Positions 11,723-21,145 of a DNA stretch of 64,000 nucleotides are shown here, one piece after another. The translations under genes and the position numbers were made by a program. Every line of letters starts with the position of its first letter. The stretch's first letter is position 1. Origin of the DNA: Candidatus Limnocylindrales bacterium (GTDB taxonomy: Bacteria; Chloroflexota; Limnocylindria; Limnocylindrales; CSP1-4); contig DATLGJ010000040.1 in NCBI GenBank assembly GCA_035540555.1, positions 2,656 to 66,655 of the forward strand, read 5' to 3'. Under the pieces are notes generated by a model. That model saw nothing but the letters and a program-made list of their open reading frames with translations. It had not been told where the DNA came from and did not search any database.

Positions 11723-12532
11723 GTGTTGCTGCTCGTGGACCTTGACGGGGTTGTGTACCGCGGATCCGAACCTGTGGACGGTGTGGCCGAGGTGCTGCAG
11801 GCGCGCGCGACGGCAGGCGACCGGGTGATGTACGTGACCAACAACTCGCGTTCGCATCGGGATGAGTATCACGCCCGGCTCGCTCGCATGGGCGTGCCCC
11901 TCGACGAACGCTCGGTCGTCACGGCGGCCCGCGCGACGGCGGTGCTCGTCGCCGAGCTGGACCCGGCTCCGCGCGTGGTCATGTTCATCGGCGGGCCGGG
12001 CCTGGCGCAGGAGCTGCGTGACGCGGGCCTCGAGGTGGTGGGGCCGGTCGAGGAGGGCCTTGCGAAGGATCCGGACGTGCTCGTCGTCGGCGTCGACTTC
12101 GAGCTCTCCTACCAGCGTCTGAGCATTGCCGTCGAGGCTGTGCGCCGCGGCGCCCGTTTCGTCGCCACCAATCGCGACCCTCTCTTTCCGGCCGAAGCGC
12201 GCCTGACCGCCGGCGCCGGCGCGATGGTGGCCGCCATCGCCGCCGCGGCCGGTCGTGAGCCGGACCTGGTCGTGGGCAAGCCCGAGCCGCGCCTGTTCGA
12301 GGCTGCCGCCGAGATCGCCGGGATGGACGTCCGCGATGCCGTGGTGATCGGGGACAACCTGCTGACCGACATCGGCGCGGCCCATGCCGTCGGTGCGCGC
12401 TCGATCCTGATGCTGACGGGCGTCACCGCCCCCGAAGAGGCCGAGGCGGCGCCGCCGGATCGTCGGCCGACGGCCATAGCTGCCGACGCAGGCGAGCTCG
12501 CGGCGCGGCTGCGGGACCTCGGCAGCAGCTGA
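11723..12532 (+). CDS. HAD-IIA family hydrolase (NagD-like sugar phosphatase)
   Basis: 269 aa. It has motif I LVDLDGVVY, TNNS, GKPEP and a late GDNLLTDI. Confidence 0.8.
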   Translation: MLLLVDLDGVVYRGSEPVDGVAEVLQARATAGDRVMYVTNNSRSHRDEYHARLARMGVPLDERSVVTAARATAVLVAELDPAPRVVMFIGGPGLAQELRDAGLEVVGPVEEGLAKDPDVLVVGVDFELSYQRLSIAVEAVRRGARFVATNRDPLFPAEARLTAGAGAMVAAIAAAAGREPDLVVGKPEPRLFEAAAEIAGMDVRDAVVIGDNLLTDIGAAHAVGARSILMLTGVTAPEEAEAAPPDRRPTAIAADAGELAARLRDLGSS

Positions 12533-12580
12533 GGTTCTCTGCTCCGGTCCGCGCCACCCCCATGAGCCGGGCGGCGAAGG

Positions 12581-14140
12581 TCAGCGCTCGGGCCCGACGA
12601 AGTACTGCCGGTTGGTGGTCAGGATGTGCGGCCTGCCGCGCCTGTCGACCGCCATGTCCAGGCCGATCGGATCGAAGAAGTCGATCGCCAGGTGCTCCAG
12701 GCACTCCTCGATGCGCAGCTTCACGCGGTCGCCGGGCTGGTAGGTCCTGCTCGGCTCGTAGAGCCTGATCGCCTGGAAGGTGCCGTCGCGGTTGGTTGCG
12801 TACCACGGGGACTCCATGAACGGCCCGTCGAAGAATGAGACGACGTGGGCGCCTCCGTCCGGTGCGATGCGCAGCGTCTGTGCGGATGGCCCGTCGCCGA
12901 CCCGTTCGTCGCAGCCGTCGGTCCAGGTGACTCGAGGAAAGATTTGCTGCGGGTCGCTGAGCCCGCCGCCGACACGACGCATATACCGCCGGCCGGACAC
13001 CAGGTGCAGGTCGCCATGTCCGTCGAAGGCAAGCAGCAGCGGGGCGTTGAGCGAGGCGGTGCTCGTGGTCGGTGCCTCGAGAGTGAGCGAGCCGGTGGCC
13101 CCGGATGCGACGTAGATGGCGTTGCCCACTATGAAGGCGATCCGCAGCTCACCGCTGTCAGTGGCCGCGATCGAGTGCGCGCGCGGTCCGTGGCCCTGGG
13201 CAAACTCGGCGATCTCGGTCGAGGTCCAGCTGCCGTCGTAGGCTGCGTGCCAGACCTGCCATGGCCCGCCCGTGTTTCGCCCGGTGACGTACGTGAGGTG
13301 TGCGACGCCGTCATGGACTGCGAGCGTGCCGTTGTAGAACGAATCGTAGCGATAGGGCACTTCGATCATCTCTGACCAGCTGCCGCTGCGATTGACCATC
13401 AGGTACATGGCCTCGTTGTCGATACCGTCGGGCTCGTACCTCGAGAACGCGATGGCCACTGAGCCGCTGCGGTCGATGGCGATCTGAGCGGCGGTGTCAT
13501 AGGACCCGGCGCGCGGGCTGGTCAGCTCGGTCAGCCTCCACGAACCACTGGCGTTGGTCGCGTACAGCACGCCGCCGATCTCGTGATCGCGTTCGTAGCC
13601 GACCGACGTCCACACGACGTGCAAGCTGCCCTCGCGGCCAACGGCGATGGACGGCACGCTCAGCGCGAGCCTTTCGCCGTGGCCGCGATCGAGCACGGCG
13701 CGCAGGTCGGGGCTGTGGCTCCAGCTGTCGCGGTCGTTCCAGAAGACCGCTGCCTGCTGCCAGCCGTGGGCAACCGGGCTCGGGCTGGCGGCCGCGGGTG
13801 GCGAGTCTGTTGGCGAGGCAGGTGGGGTGGCGGTTGGGGAGGGGTCGGGCGAGCGAGCTGGGGAGGCGAGTGGCTCGCTCGTGGGCTCCGGCTCCTGGGA
13901 CGGCGCTACGGGCACACCCGGCGTAGCAGTGGGTGAGATCGTCGGGGCAAGCGAGACGATCGGCGCCGGCGTGGTCGTCGCCGACTGCTCCGCCACGCCG
14001 GTGGGGGTCGGCCTGGCAGACGCCGTCGCGTCCTGCTTGGCCGGAGAGACGCCATCAAGCAACGTTGCCCCGGCGATGGCGACCGCCATCACCACCAGCA
14101 GCCCCCCGAGCCCCAGCGCGCCCATCTTCATCGTCGTCAC
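12581..14140 (-). CDS. Hypothetical membrane-anchored extracellular protein (Pro/Thr-rich linker plus repeat-containing, probably beta-propeller-like domain)
   Basis: 519 aa. It has an N-terminal signal-anchor (MGALGLGGLLVVMAVAIAG) and a roughly 100-aa P/T/S-rich linker. Recurring motifs follow, of the type Y.TN.SGSW / MVNRSGSW / AYDGSW / TNRDGTF. No family was recognised. Confidence 0.6.
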   Translation of the reverse strand: MTTMKMGALGLGGLLVVMAVAIAGATLLDGVSPAKQDATASARPTPTGVAEQSATTTPAPIVSLAPTISPTATPGVPVAPSQEPEPTSEPLASPARSPDPSPTATPPASPTDSPPAAASPSPVAHGWQQAAVFWNDRDSWSHSPDLRAVLDRGHGERLALSVPSIAVGREGSLHVVWTSVGYERDHEIGGVLYATNASGSWRLTELTSPRAGSYDTAAQIAIDRSGSVAIAFSRYEPDGIDNEAMYLMVNRSGSWSEMIEVPYRYDSFYNGTLAVHDGVAHLTYVTGRNTGGPWQVWHAAYDGSWTSTEIAEFAQGHGPRAHSIAATDSGELRIAFIVGNAIYVASGATGSLTLEAPTTSTASLNAPLLLAFDGHGDLHLVSGRRYMRRVGGGLSDPQQIFPRVTWTDGCDERVGDGPSAQTLRIAPDGGAHVVSFFDGPFMESPWYATNRDGTFQAIRLYEPSRTYQPGDRVKLRIEECLEHLAIDFFDPIGLDMAVDRRGRPHILTTNRQYFVGPER

Positions 14141-14263
14141 CTCGCAGCGGGCGCCGGCTCACGGCGCTACGTCAGTAGATGCAGGCGCGCGGCGCAGTGT
14201 CCCATCGGGTCGGACGTCAGCAGTACGGAAAGCCCGTTCCGTATACGGAGGGTCGGGGGTCGG

Positions 14264-15379
14264 TCAGGCGGGCAGCCCCTCGGCAGAGGCGAACGCCTCG
14301 AGCTCGGCCATCAGCCCGGCGCGAGCGCGCTCCTCCTGGTGGAGGAACGCAACTCGCAGCGCATGCAAGTTCATCCGCCAGAGTTCGGGCACGGTCACTC
14401 CCAGCACGGCGTGTGCCCGCTCGTATTCGCGCACCAGCGTCAGATCACTGACGGTGCGGTCGTCGGTCGAGAGGGTGACCGGCACGCCCGAGCGGAGCAG
14501 GTAGGGCAGGGGGTGGTCGGCCAAGGTGGACACGATGGCCGCCTGCACGTTGCTCGTCGGGCACAGGTCCAGCGTTACGCCGCGCGCGCGGAGCTCGCCC
14601 ATCAGCACCGGGTCGTCGGCCGCCGGCGCGCCGTGCGCGATCCGCGAGGGCTCGACAGAGAGTGCCCTCCATACCTGGGCTGCCCCGCCCCATTCGCCGG
14701 CATGGATGGTGATCCCCAGGCCGCCTTCGCGAGCCAACTCGAACGCCGCCCGGTGCGGTCCCGGATCGGGAAAGTCGGCCTCCCGGCCGGCAAAATCGAA
14801 GCCGACCAGACCTCGCCCGACGAAAGCGAGTGCCTCGCGCGCCACGGCCAAACTGACCTCCGGGTCATGTGAGCGCAGAGCGACCGCGATGAGTCGGACC
14901 TCGATGCCCGGTGGTTGCTCGAGAGCGGCGGCGACCATGCCCGACTGGGCCCCATCGACCACAGCCCCGATCGACTGGCGCATGGTCAGCCCGCGCTCGA
15001 GGTGAAGAGCCGGCGCCCAGCGAATCTCCACGTATCGCGTGCCATCCGAGGCGCAGTCGAGCACCATCTCGTGGGTGATGCGGGCGATCGACTCACGGTC
15101 CTGCATGATCGCGATTGGCAGATCGAAGGCGCGCAGCAGGTCGGTCTGGTCCACGCACCGCTCCGGCGCCACGAGCCGGTCGCGCATTGCCGACACATCC
15201 GAGATGCCGTCGGCCAGGCCACGCTCCCGGGCGAGCTCGAAGGCCGTCTCCGGCCGCAGCGAGCCGTCAAGGTGCACGTGCAGCTCGGCCTTGGGCATAC
15301 GAGCGATCAGTCGCGCCGTCTCGTCATGCAAGTGCACCTGTCCTCCTTCGGCTCGCACCACCGCCGTGGGGCGGGCCAT
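14264..15379 (-). CDS. add: Adenosine deaminase
   Basis: 371 aa with PKAELHVHLDGSLRPET, HAGE and SLSTDD-like (TLSTDD) motifs. Confidence 0.9.
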   Translation of the reverse strand: MARPTAVVRAEGGQVHLHDETARLIARMPKAELHVHLDGSLRPETAFELARERGLADGISDVSAMRDRLVAPERCVDQTDLLRAFDLPIAIMQDRESIARITHEMVLDCASDGTRYVEIRWAPALHLERGLTMRQSIGAVVDGAQSGMVAAALEQPPGIEVRLIAVALRSHDPEVSLAVAREALAFVGRGLVGFDFAGREADFPDPGPHRAAFELAREGGLGITIHAGEWGGAAQVWRALSVEPSRIAHGAPAADDPVLMGELRARGVTLDLCPTSNVQAAIVSTLADHPLPYLLRSGVPVTLSTDDRTVSDLTLVREYERAHAVLGVTVPELWRMNLHALRVAFLHQEERARAGLMAELEAFASAEGLPA

Positions 15380-15445
15380 CCGATCGTAAGGCAGCGCGAT
15401 GGCGGGTCGGCGGCCTAGACTCGCGGCTGATGGGGAGCGTGGACG

Positions 15446-16033
15446 ATGGCTATCGCTGACGGCCCACCGGAGCTGAGCAGTGCCCGGCGGGTGCTGTGGA
15501 TGGTTGTCCTGGTGCTGGCGGCCCTGGGCGGGGCCGGGTTGGCGACAGCGGCTGACCGGTCACCGACGGACGATGCCCGGCCGGAGCTGACCTGGAGCGC
15601 CGAGCGCGCGGCACATCCATGGACCGCGGCCATGAGCGCCTGGCTGGAGAACATCGACGAGCAGGTCGCCGAGCTGTCGGGCGCCGGGCGAGAAGTGCTG
15701 ATAGGCGCGGCCAGCCAGAATTTTGACCGCATCTCGGCGGCCGTGGCCGAGGGCGACACGATCGTCACCGACCTGGCCGGAGCCATAGATGGGCTCCGCG
15801 CGCAGCGATACCGGCAGCAGGCGGTGATCGACGACCTGCGGCTTGGTGATGCCAGCCGCCGCCGGCTGGCCGCAGTGGACCAGGCGATCGGTCGCACGTC
15901 GGAGCTCTCGCAGGTATGGGCCGAGCTGGTGGACGCGGGGACCGCGGGGGACACCGTGGCCGTCACCGAGCGACTGGTGGAAATCGAGTCCGCGCGCGGC
16001 GCCATCAACGAGGCACTCGGGCTCTTACCTTGA
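15446..16033 (+). CDS. Hypothetical single-pass membrane protein
   Basis: 195 aa. An N-terminal TM (VLWMVVLVLAALGGAGLATAA) is followed by a predicted helical Ala/Glu/Arg-rich domain. The SD is GGGGAG. Its stop overlaps the start of the next gene. Confidence 0.5.
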   Translation: MAIADGPPELSSARRVLWMVVLVLAALGGAGLATAADRSPTDDARPELTWSAERAAHPWTAAMSAWLENIDEQVAELSGAGREVLIGAASQNFDRISAAVAEGDTIVTDLAGAIDGLRAQRYRQQAVIDDLRLGDASRRRLAAVDQAIGRTSELSQVWAELVDAGTAGDTVAVTERLVEIESARGAINEALGLLP

Positions 16034-16671
16034 CTGAAGCGTTCCCGGTGCTGGTCGCCCTGCTGGGGGGAGGGTTCGGGTTCGCCGCCGATCGGCTGGC
16101 CGTCCGCTGGCCCGCGCATGAGCCGGACTACCACCGGCGCGCCGTCGGCTGGCGGACGGCAGTCACAACCGTGGCCGGGGCGGGCATGGGGGCCGCGCTG
16201 GTGCTGCGCTGGCCGGATGCGCTGGATCTGATCCTGCTGCTCCTCTTCGCCGCCGCGCTCGTCCTGCTGCTGGCGACCGACCTCGACCAGCGCATCCTGC
16301 CGAACGTGGTGACGCTGCCGCTGATTGCCTATGCGCTGGTCCTCCTGGTGCTGGACCTCTCGCCGCTGCTGGCCGATCGAGAGCTGGCCCTGCTGAGCGG
16401 CCTGGCGGCCGGCTTGGGCGCACCTTTGCTGCTGCTCGTAACGGACAGGCTTCTGGGCGGCGACCTCGGCCGCGGGGACCTGTGGCTGGCCATCTCCATC
16501 GGCCTGCTGGCCGGAGTGACTCGAATGTTCATCGGCTTCCTGGTGGCCAGCGTCGCCTTCGCGCTGCTCCTGTTGGTGCTGATGGCCCTGAGGCGCCTCG
16601 GCCGGCGCAGTCACGTGCCTTTCGGGCCGGTGCTGATCGGCGCCGCCTTCGTGGCCATGCTCATCGCATAG
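16030..16671 (+). CDS. A24-family prepilin peptidase (TadV/CpaA-like, no N-terminal methyltransferase/Zn domain)
   Basis: It has the two aspartyl motifs [11 protein letters not shown] and [12 protein letters not shown] in a polytopic protein. I place the start at TTG 16030 (cTTGA overlap with the upstream stop). The track start at 15916 would overlap the previous gene by 118 nt. Confidence 0.7.
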   Translation: MTEAFPVLVALLGGGFGFAADRLAVRWPAHEPDYHRRAVGWRTAVTTVAGAGMGAALVLRWPDALDLILLLLFAAALVLLLATDLDQRILPNVVTLPLIAYALVLLVLDLSPLLADRELALLSGLAAGLGAPLLLLVTDRLLGGDLGRGDLWLAISIGLLAGVTRMFIGFLVASVAFALLLLVLMALRRLGRRSHVPFGPVLIGAAFVAMLIA

Positions 16672-16688
16672 CGGTGTAGGATCGCGCC

Positions 16689-18041
16689 GTGAAGCGGGTG
16701 CTCGCAGTCGTTTTGGCTGGCGGAGAGGGAGAGCGCCTGTCGATCCTCTCGGCGCTGCGCGCAAAGCCCGCCGTCCCTTTCGCCGGCAAGTACCGGATCA
16801 TCGACTTCACGCTGAGTAACTGCGTCAACTCCGACATCGACAACGTGTTGGTGCTGACCCAGTACAACCCGCGCTCGCTCAACGACCACATAGGTGCGGG
16901 CCGCCCGTGGGACCTCGACCGTAACCAGCGCGGCATCCAGCTTCTCCAGCCGTACATCTCGCGTGGTCGGCCGTCGGAGTGGTACCAGGGCACTGCCGAT
17001 GCCGTGCTGCAGAACATCAACGTGATCCGCCAGGCGCCGGGGGACGTGGTGCTGGTGCTCGCCGGCGACCACATCTACAAGATGGACTACCAGCCCTTCG
17101 TGCAGGCCCATCGGCGGCGGCGTGCCGACGTCACAGTCGCCGTCAAGCGCGTGCCCATCGGCGAGGCAAGCCGTTTCGGCATCCTCGCGCTGGGCGACGA
17201 CGATCGCGTGATGGAGTGGCAGGAGAAGCCCAAGCAGCCCAAGAGCGACCTGGCCAGCCTGGGCATCTACGTCTTCTCGAAAAAGGCGCTCGAGGACTGG
17301 CTCGATGAGTCGCGGCCCGACTTCGGGCGCCACGTGATCCCGGCCATGCTCGACGCCGGCGCGCGCGTCTTCGGCTACCGCTTCGACGGCTACTGGCAGG
17401 ACGTCGGCACGGTCCACTCGTATTGGCAGGCGCACATGGAGCTGCTCGAGGAGCACCCGGGGCTGGACCTCTACGACCGGGACTGGCTGGTCCACACTCG
17501 ATCGGAGGAGCGGGCGCCGGCCCGGATCGCGCCTGCTGCCAACGTCCACCGATCGCTGATCAGCCACGGCTGCCAGATCTGGGGCACGGTCGAGCGCTCG
17601 GTTCTCTCGCCGGGCGTGCGGGTCGACCCTGGGGCGGTGGTGCGCGACTCGATCATCATGTTCGACACGGTCATTCGGGCGGGCGCGGTGGTCGACCACG
17701 CGATCATCGACAAGGAGGTCTCGATCGGACCCAACGCGGTGGTCGGGCACGGCGCCGACTTCGACACTCCCAACCGCTCCGAGCCCGAGCGCCTCGATAC
17801 GGGCATCACCGTCGTCGGCAAGCGCGCCATCGTCCCCAACGGTGTCCGGCTGGGTCGCAACGTCAAGATAGGGGAGGGGGTCAGGGCCGCGGATTTCGGC
17901 CGGCGGCGGTCGATTGCCAGCGGAGGGACGGTCGAAGCGCGCCTGCAACGCATCGAACGGAGCCAGCAGGGCAGGGGTGCGCCAGTCCCGCCCGAAACCG
18001 CCGCCGGCCTGCCCGTCTCGGCATCAGGGGAAGGCCGCTGA
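16689..18041 (+). CDS. glgC: Glucose-1-phosphate adenylyltransferase
   Basis: 450 aa with [41 protein letters not shown], a C-terminal left-handed beta-helix region, and a roughly 35-aa non-conserved tail. Confidence 0.9.
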   Translation: MKRVLAVVLAGGEGERLSILSALRAKPAVPFAGKYRIIDFTLSNCVNSDIDNVLVLTQYNPRSLNDHIGAGRPWDLDRNQRGIQLLQPYISRGRPSEWYQGTADAVLQNINVIRQAPGDVVLVLAGDHIYKMDYQPFVQAHRRRRADVTVAVKRVPIGEASRFGILALGDDDRVMEWQEKPKQPKSDLASLGIYVFSKKALEDWLDESRPDFGRHVIPAMLDAGARVFGYRFDGYWQDVGTVHSYWQAHMELLEEHPGLDLYDRDWLVHTRSEERAPARIAPAANVHRSLISHGCQIWGTVERSVLSPGVRVDPGAVVRDSIIMFDTVIRAGAVVDHAIIDKEVSIGPNAVVGHGADFDTPNRSEPERLDTGITVVGKRAIVPNGVRLGRNVKIGEGVRAADFGRRRSIASGGTVEARLQRIERSQQGRGAPVPPETAAGLPVSASGEGR

Positions 18042-18568
18042 CCGAGCATCCGTCGGCCAGGCAGATCGACAGCTGGTTGAAGGACCTCTCGCTCCGCCCG
18101 GTCGAGCGGGCCGAACGTGACGGCATCCACTCGTGGGACCTGGTGCTCGATGGCCGCCGCCGAAAGCGGCTCAGGGTCACCCTCATCCTGGCCCCGGACC
18201 TCGCTCTCGTGGCCTGGGTGCATTACGCTCCCCCGCTCACCGACAGCGTGCGCAAGACGTACCGCCAAATGCTGCGCTGGAACGACGAGCTGCCCCTGGT
18301 CAAGTTCGCCCTTGCCGACGAGGAGCGGCCGGTGCTCGCCTCCGAGCTCTCACTCGAGGTGCTCAGCGCGGATGCACTGGGGCTGATGATCGCCCGCCTG
18401 CTCGCCGTGTGCGACCTTCTGTACGAGGAATCGAAGGGTTGGGTCGACCGCGTGGGAACGCCGCGCGACGCGGCCGGCCCGGTGGGCCGTCGACTGATCG
18501 AGCGCTATGCCGACCAGCTCGGCGAGCTGGCAATCCTGCCGGAGACCGACGGCGTCGCGAGCAGCTGA
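18038..18568 (+). CDS. YbjN-like (putative sensory-transduction/chaperone-like) domain protein; start codon uncertain
   Basis: The protein-like sequence begins at [39 protein letters not shown]...VAWVHYAPP...LRWNDELPLVKFAL. No in-frame ATG, GTG or TTG lies upstream of the conserved N-terminus, unless the gene overlaps glgC by hundreds of nt. CTG 18038 follows AGGGGAAGG. Confidence 0.55.
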   Translation: MTEHPSARQIDSWLKDLSLRPVERAERDGIHSWDLVLDGRRRKRLRVTLILAPDLALVAWVHYAPPLTDSVRKTYRQMLRWNDELPLVKFALADEERPVLASELSLEVLSADALGLMIARLLAVCDLLYEESKGWVDRVGTPRDAAGPVGRRLIERYADQLGELAILPETDGVASS

Positions 18569-18629
18569 TCCAGCCGCGATCGACCCACCGAACCCCTCGC
18601 GCGGCGTCGCTTGCTACACTCGGCCGCCC

Positions 18630-19661
18630 ATGAGCGTCACGCGGCGGTTCCCCTCCAGCGCCGTCCTGTCGGGCGATTCAGCCGACGTCTACTTCAAGCG
18701 CGCCAGCCAGATCCTGGCCAGCGCGAACCTGGACCCGGTCGTCGTGATGGAGGTCTTCTCGCGACGCAACGCGGTGCTGTGCGGGATAAACGAGGCCAAG
18801 ACACTGCTTGCCCACGTGCTGGCCGACGAGCCCGCCGGCAGTGTCCAGGTCGAGGGGCTGGCCGACGGTGACCAGATCTCGCCGAAGGAGGTCGTGCTGC
18901 GGATCCGCGCCCGGTACCGCGCCTTCGGCCTCTACGAGACGGCCATCCTCGGGGTGATGGCACAGGAGACCGGTTGGGCCACCGCCGCCCGGGAGTGCGT
19001 GGATGCCGCGGCGCCGGACCCGGTGATCAGCTTCGGGGCGCGCCACGTGCACCCGCACGTGGCCGATGCGCTCGACTACGCGGCCATCGTCGGTGGATGT
19101 GTCGGCGCCTCGACGCCGGCAGGCGCCCGACTGGCCGGGCTTTCTCCCTCCGGCACCATGCCGCACTCGCTCGTGCTGATCTTCGGCGATACGGTCAAGG
19201 CGGCCGAGGCGTTTGACCAGATCATGCCGCCGGACGTGCCGCGGATCGTGCTTGTCGATACCTTCCGCGACGAGGCGGAGGAGGCGCTGCGCGTTGCGCG
19301 CGCCCTGGGTGATCGCCTGTACGGCATCCGCCTCGACACCCCAGCGGAGCGCGGGCGGGTCACGCCGGAGCTCGTTCTGGAGTGCCGCGCCCGGCTGGAC
19401 CAGGCCGGGTTCGGTCACGTCCGCATCATCGTCAGCGGCGGCCTGAGTCCCGAGCGGATCGGCACCTTCAAGGATGCCGGGGCGCCGGTCGACTCGTTTG
19501 CCGTCGGCTCGCACATCGCCGGCGCCCGGCCGATCGACTTCACCGGCGATCTCAAGGAGATCGATGGGCACCCGATCGCAAAGCGCGGGCGCATCCCGGG
19601 GCTGACCGAGAGCCCCAGGCTGCAGCCGATCGACCTGGCGGAGTGGCGCACCGGCAGCTAG
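18630..19661 (+). CDS. pncB: Nicotinate phosphoribosyltransferase
   Basis: From ATG 18630: MSVTRRFPSSAVLSGDSADVYFKRASQIL...GARHVHP...GTMPHSLVLIF...VLVDTF...GIRLDTP...IIVSGGL. This is the NAPRTase pattern. The upstream part of the track ORF is Arg/Pro-rich filler. Confidence 0.85.
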   Translation: MSVTRRFPSSAVLSGDSADVYFKRASQILASANLDPVVVMEVFSRRNAVLCGINEAKTLLAHVLADEPAGSVQVEGLADGDQISPKEVVLRIRARYRAFGLYETAILGVMAQETGWATAARECVDAAAPDPVISFGARHVHPHVADALDYAAIVGGCVGASTPAGARLAGLSPSGTMPHSLVLIFGDTVKAAEAFDQIMPPDVPRIVLVDTFRDEAEEALRVARALGDRLYGIRLDTPAERGRVTPELVLECRARLDQAGFGHVRIIVSGGLSPERIGTFKDAGAPVDSFAVGSHIAGARPIDFTGDLKEIDGHPIAKRGRIPGLTESPRLQPIDLAEWRTGS

Positions 19662-19697
19662 CCGGCCGTCCGCAGCCCGGCGTGGCAGCATAGATAG

Positions 19698-20099
19698 ATG
19701 GACGAGAGCAGCGGGGAGCTCCAACGCCATCTTGGGGAGCTGGCGGAACGGGAGACTGCCTACGGCCTGCTGCAGCGCGGCCAGCAGCTGATGAGCCGGC
19801 GCCATCATGCCCAGGCGGCGGTTCTGCTCGAGCGTGCCGCCCGCCTGGAGCCGGGTAAGGGCTCGATCGTCGAGGCGCTGGCTCGGGCCTACTACAACAG
19901 CGGCCAACACCAGCGCGCGGTAGACGCGTTCGAGGAGCTGCTGCGCATCGACCCCAGCGCACACTACGGCCACTTCGGGCTGGGCCAGTCGCTGAAGCAG
20001 GTTGGCCGCCGGGACGAGGCACGTGCTCACCTGCGGCTGGCCTGCGCCATGGCGCCGGAGAGCAAGCTGTATCGCTCGGCGCTGTCAAGGCTCGGCTGA
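19698..20099 (+). CDS. TPR-repeat protein
   Basis: 133 aa with three TPR-like units (ARAYYNSGQHQRAVDAFEELLRIDPS, HFGLGQSLKQVGRRDEARAHLRLA). Confidence 0.7.
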   Translation: MDESSGELQRHLGELAERETAYGLLQRGQQLMSRRHHAQAAVLLERAARLEPGKGSIVEALARAYYNSGQHQRAVDAFEELLRIDPSAHYGHFGLGQSLKQVGRRDEARAHLRLACAMAPESKLYRSALSRLG

Positions 20100-20101
20100 G
20101 C

Positions 20102-21145
20102 ATGCACGGCCAGCGCATGCGCTACCTGACGGTTGTCTTCGGGCTGGCGCTGGTCGTCCTCATCGGCGGCATTCTGGCTGTCCTCGCGACACGGCCTACG
20201 GGCAATCTCGCAGGTCCACGCGCGGTCAATGGCCCATGGGCACCGAGCGTCCTGCCATCGGTCGGCACGGATGCGCAACAGCGCCCGGGACCGGGGTTGC
20301 CGAGCGGGACGGCGACCGGCGAGGCCGCCGAACAGACGATGCCCTCAGCAACGCTCCAGGCGCCGGCCGAGCCGGTCGATGCAGTCGCGTCCTCGACGCC
20401 TGCCCCGCAACCGGCCCTTGAAACACCGCCCTTGCCCGACGCATCGCCCGCCCCCGCGGTGCCCGGTCAGACCGCTTCGGTGCCGGTGCGTGAGGTCACC
20501 TTCAACGGGCTCGGGCTGGACAGCGGAGGCGTCGACGTCGCGGAGCCGACCACTCCTCGTTTCTTCACCTTCAACGCGGAAGGACCGGGCGTCATCAGGG
20601 TCCAGCTTGCCAGCGCGACGGGTCTCGTCCATGTCTGTATCTGGCCCGGCGTGCCCGGGCACATGACCGACGAAGCCTGTCGCTCCCTGCGCAGCGGCGC
20701 TTTCGAGCGCTCGATCGACGCCGGCGGAGCGAACGACTGGACGGTGTCGCTGATCGGCGCGCAGGCCAGCGGCAGCCCGAGCACGACGCTTCGGTTGACC
20801 TTCCCCACCAACGATAATCGGTTGCGCCTCGACGGCTTTCGCTTCCAGGGCCACGGGATGGAGAACTACAACGGCTTCAGCGCCGAGGTCCGCACGAGCA
20901 GCCCCGGCGAGATGTCCGTCAGCGCGACCCTGGACGATGGCGAGGGTGGCATGCACCCCTACCGACTGGTCATCCAGGCGACCGGCGGGGGCCCATCGCA
21001 GCCGTTCATTGCCGAGAGCGAGGGCAGCTCACTGCACGAGGTCACCGAGCTGCAGGCCGAGCGGGGCTACCTGGTGACCCTGGCCAATCGGGCCGAGGTG
21101 ACCGAGGAGGCGATCATGCTCACTGCCCAGCTGGAGTGGCCCTAG
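20102..21145 (+). CDS. Hypothetical membrane-anchored extracellular protein
   Basis: 347 aa. It has an N-terminal TM (LTVVFGLALVVLIGGILAVLA), a Pro/Ala-rich linker, and a C-terminal domain that is probably beta-rich. No family was recognised. Confidence 0.5.
   Translation: MHGQRMRYLTVVFGLALVVLIGGILAVLATRPTGNLAGPRAVNGPWAPSVLPSVGTDAQQRPGPGLPSGTATGEAAEQTMPSATLQAPAEPVDAVASSTPAPQPALETPPLPDASPAPAVPGQTASVPVREVTFNGLGLDSGGVDVAEPTTPRFFTFNAEGPGVIRVQLASATGLVHVCIWPGVPGHMTDEACRSLRSGAFERSIDAGGANDWTVSLIGAQASGSPSTTLRLTFPTNDNRLRLDGFRFQGHGMENYNGFSAEVRTSSPGEMSVSATLDDGEGGMHPYRLVIQATGGGPSQPFIAESEGSSLHEVTELQAERGYLVTLANRAEVTEEAIMLTAQLEWP

Noticed and set aside
16611-17948. A 445-aa ORF antisense to glgC. Similar long antisense ORFs occur at 6738-8480, 18678-20030, 25962-26837, 28524-29756, 36094-37134, 40561-42264, 42268-43290, 54352-55641 and 60178-61590.
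   Set aside because: In DNA of about 70% GC, stop codons are rare in the mirror frames of real genes. These translations are Arg/Pro/Gly/Ala-rich with no recognisable motifs, while the opposite strand carries clear family signatures in every case.
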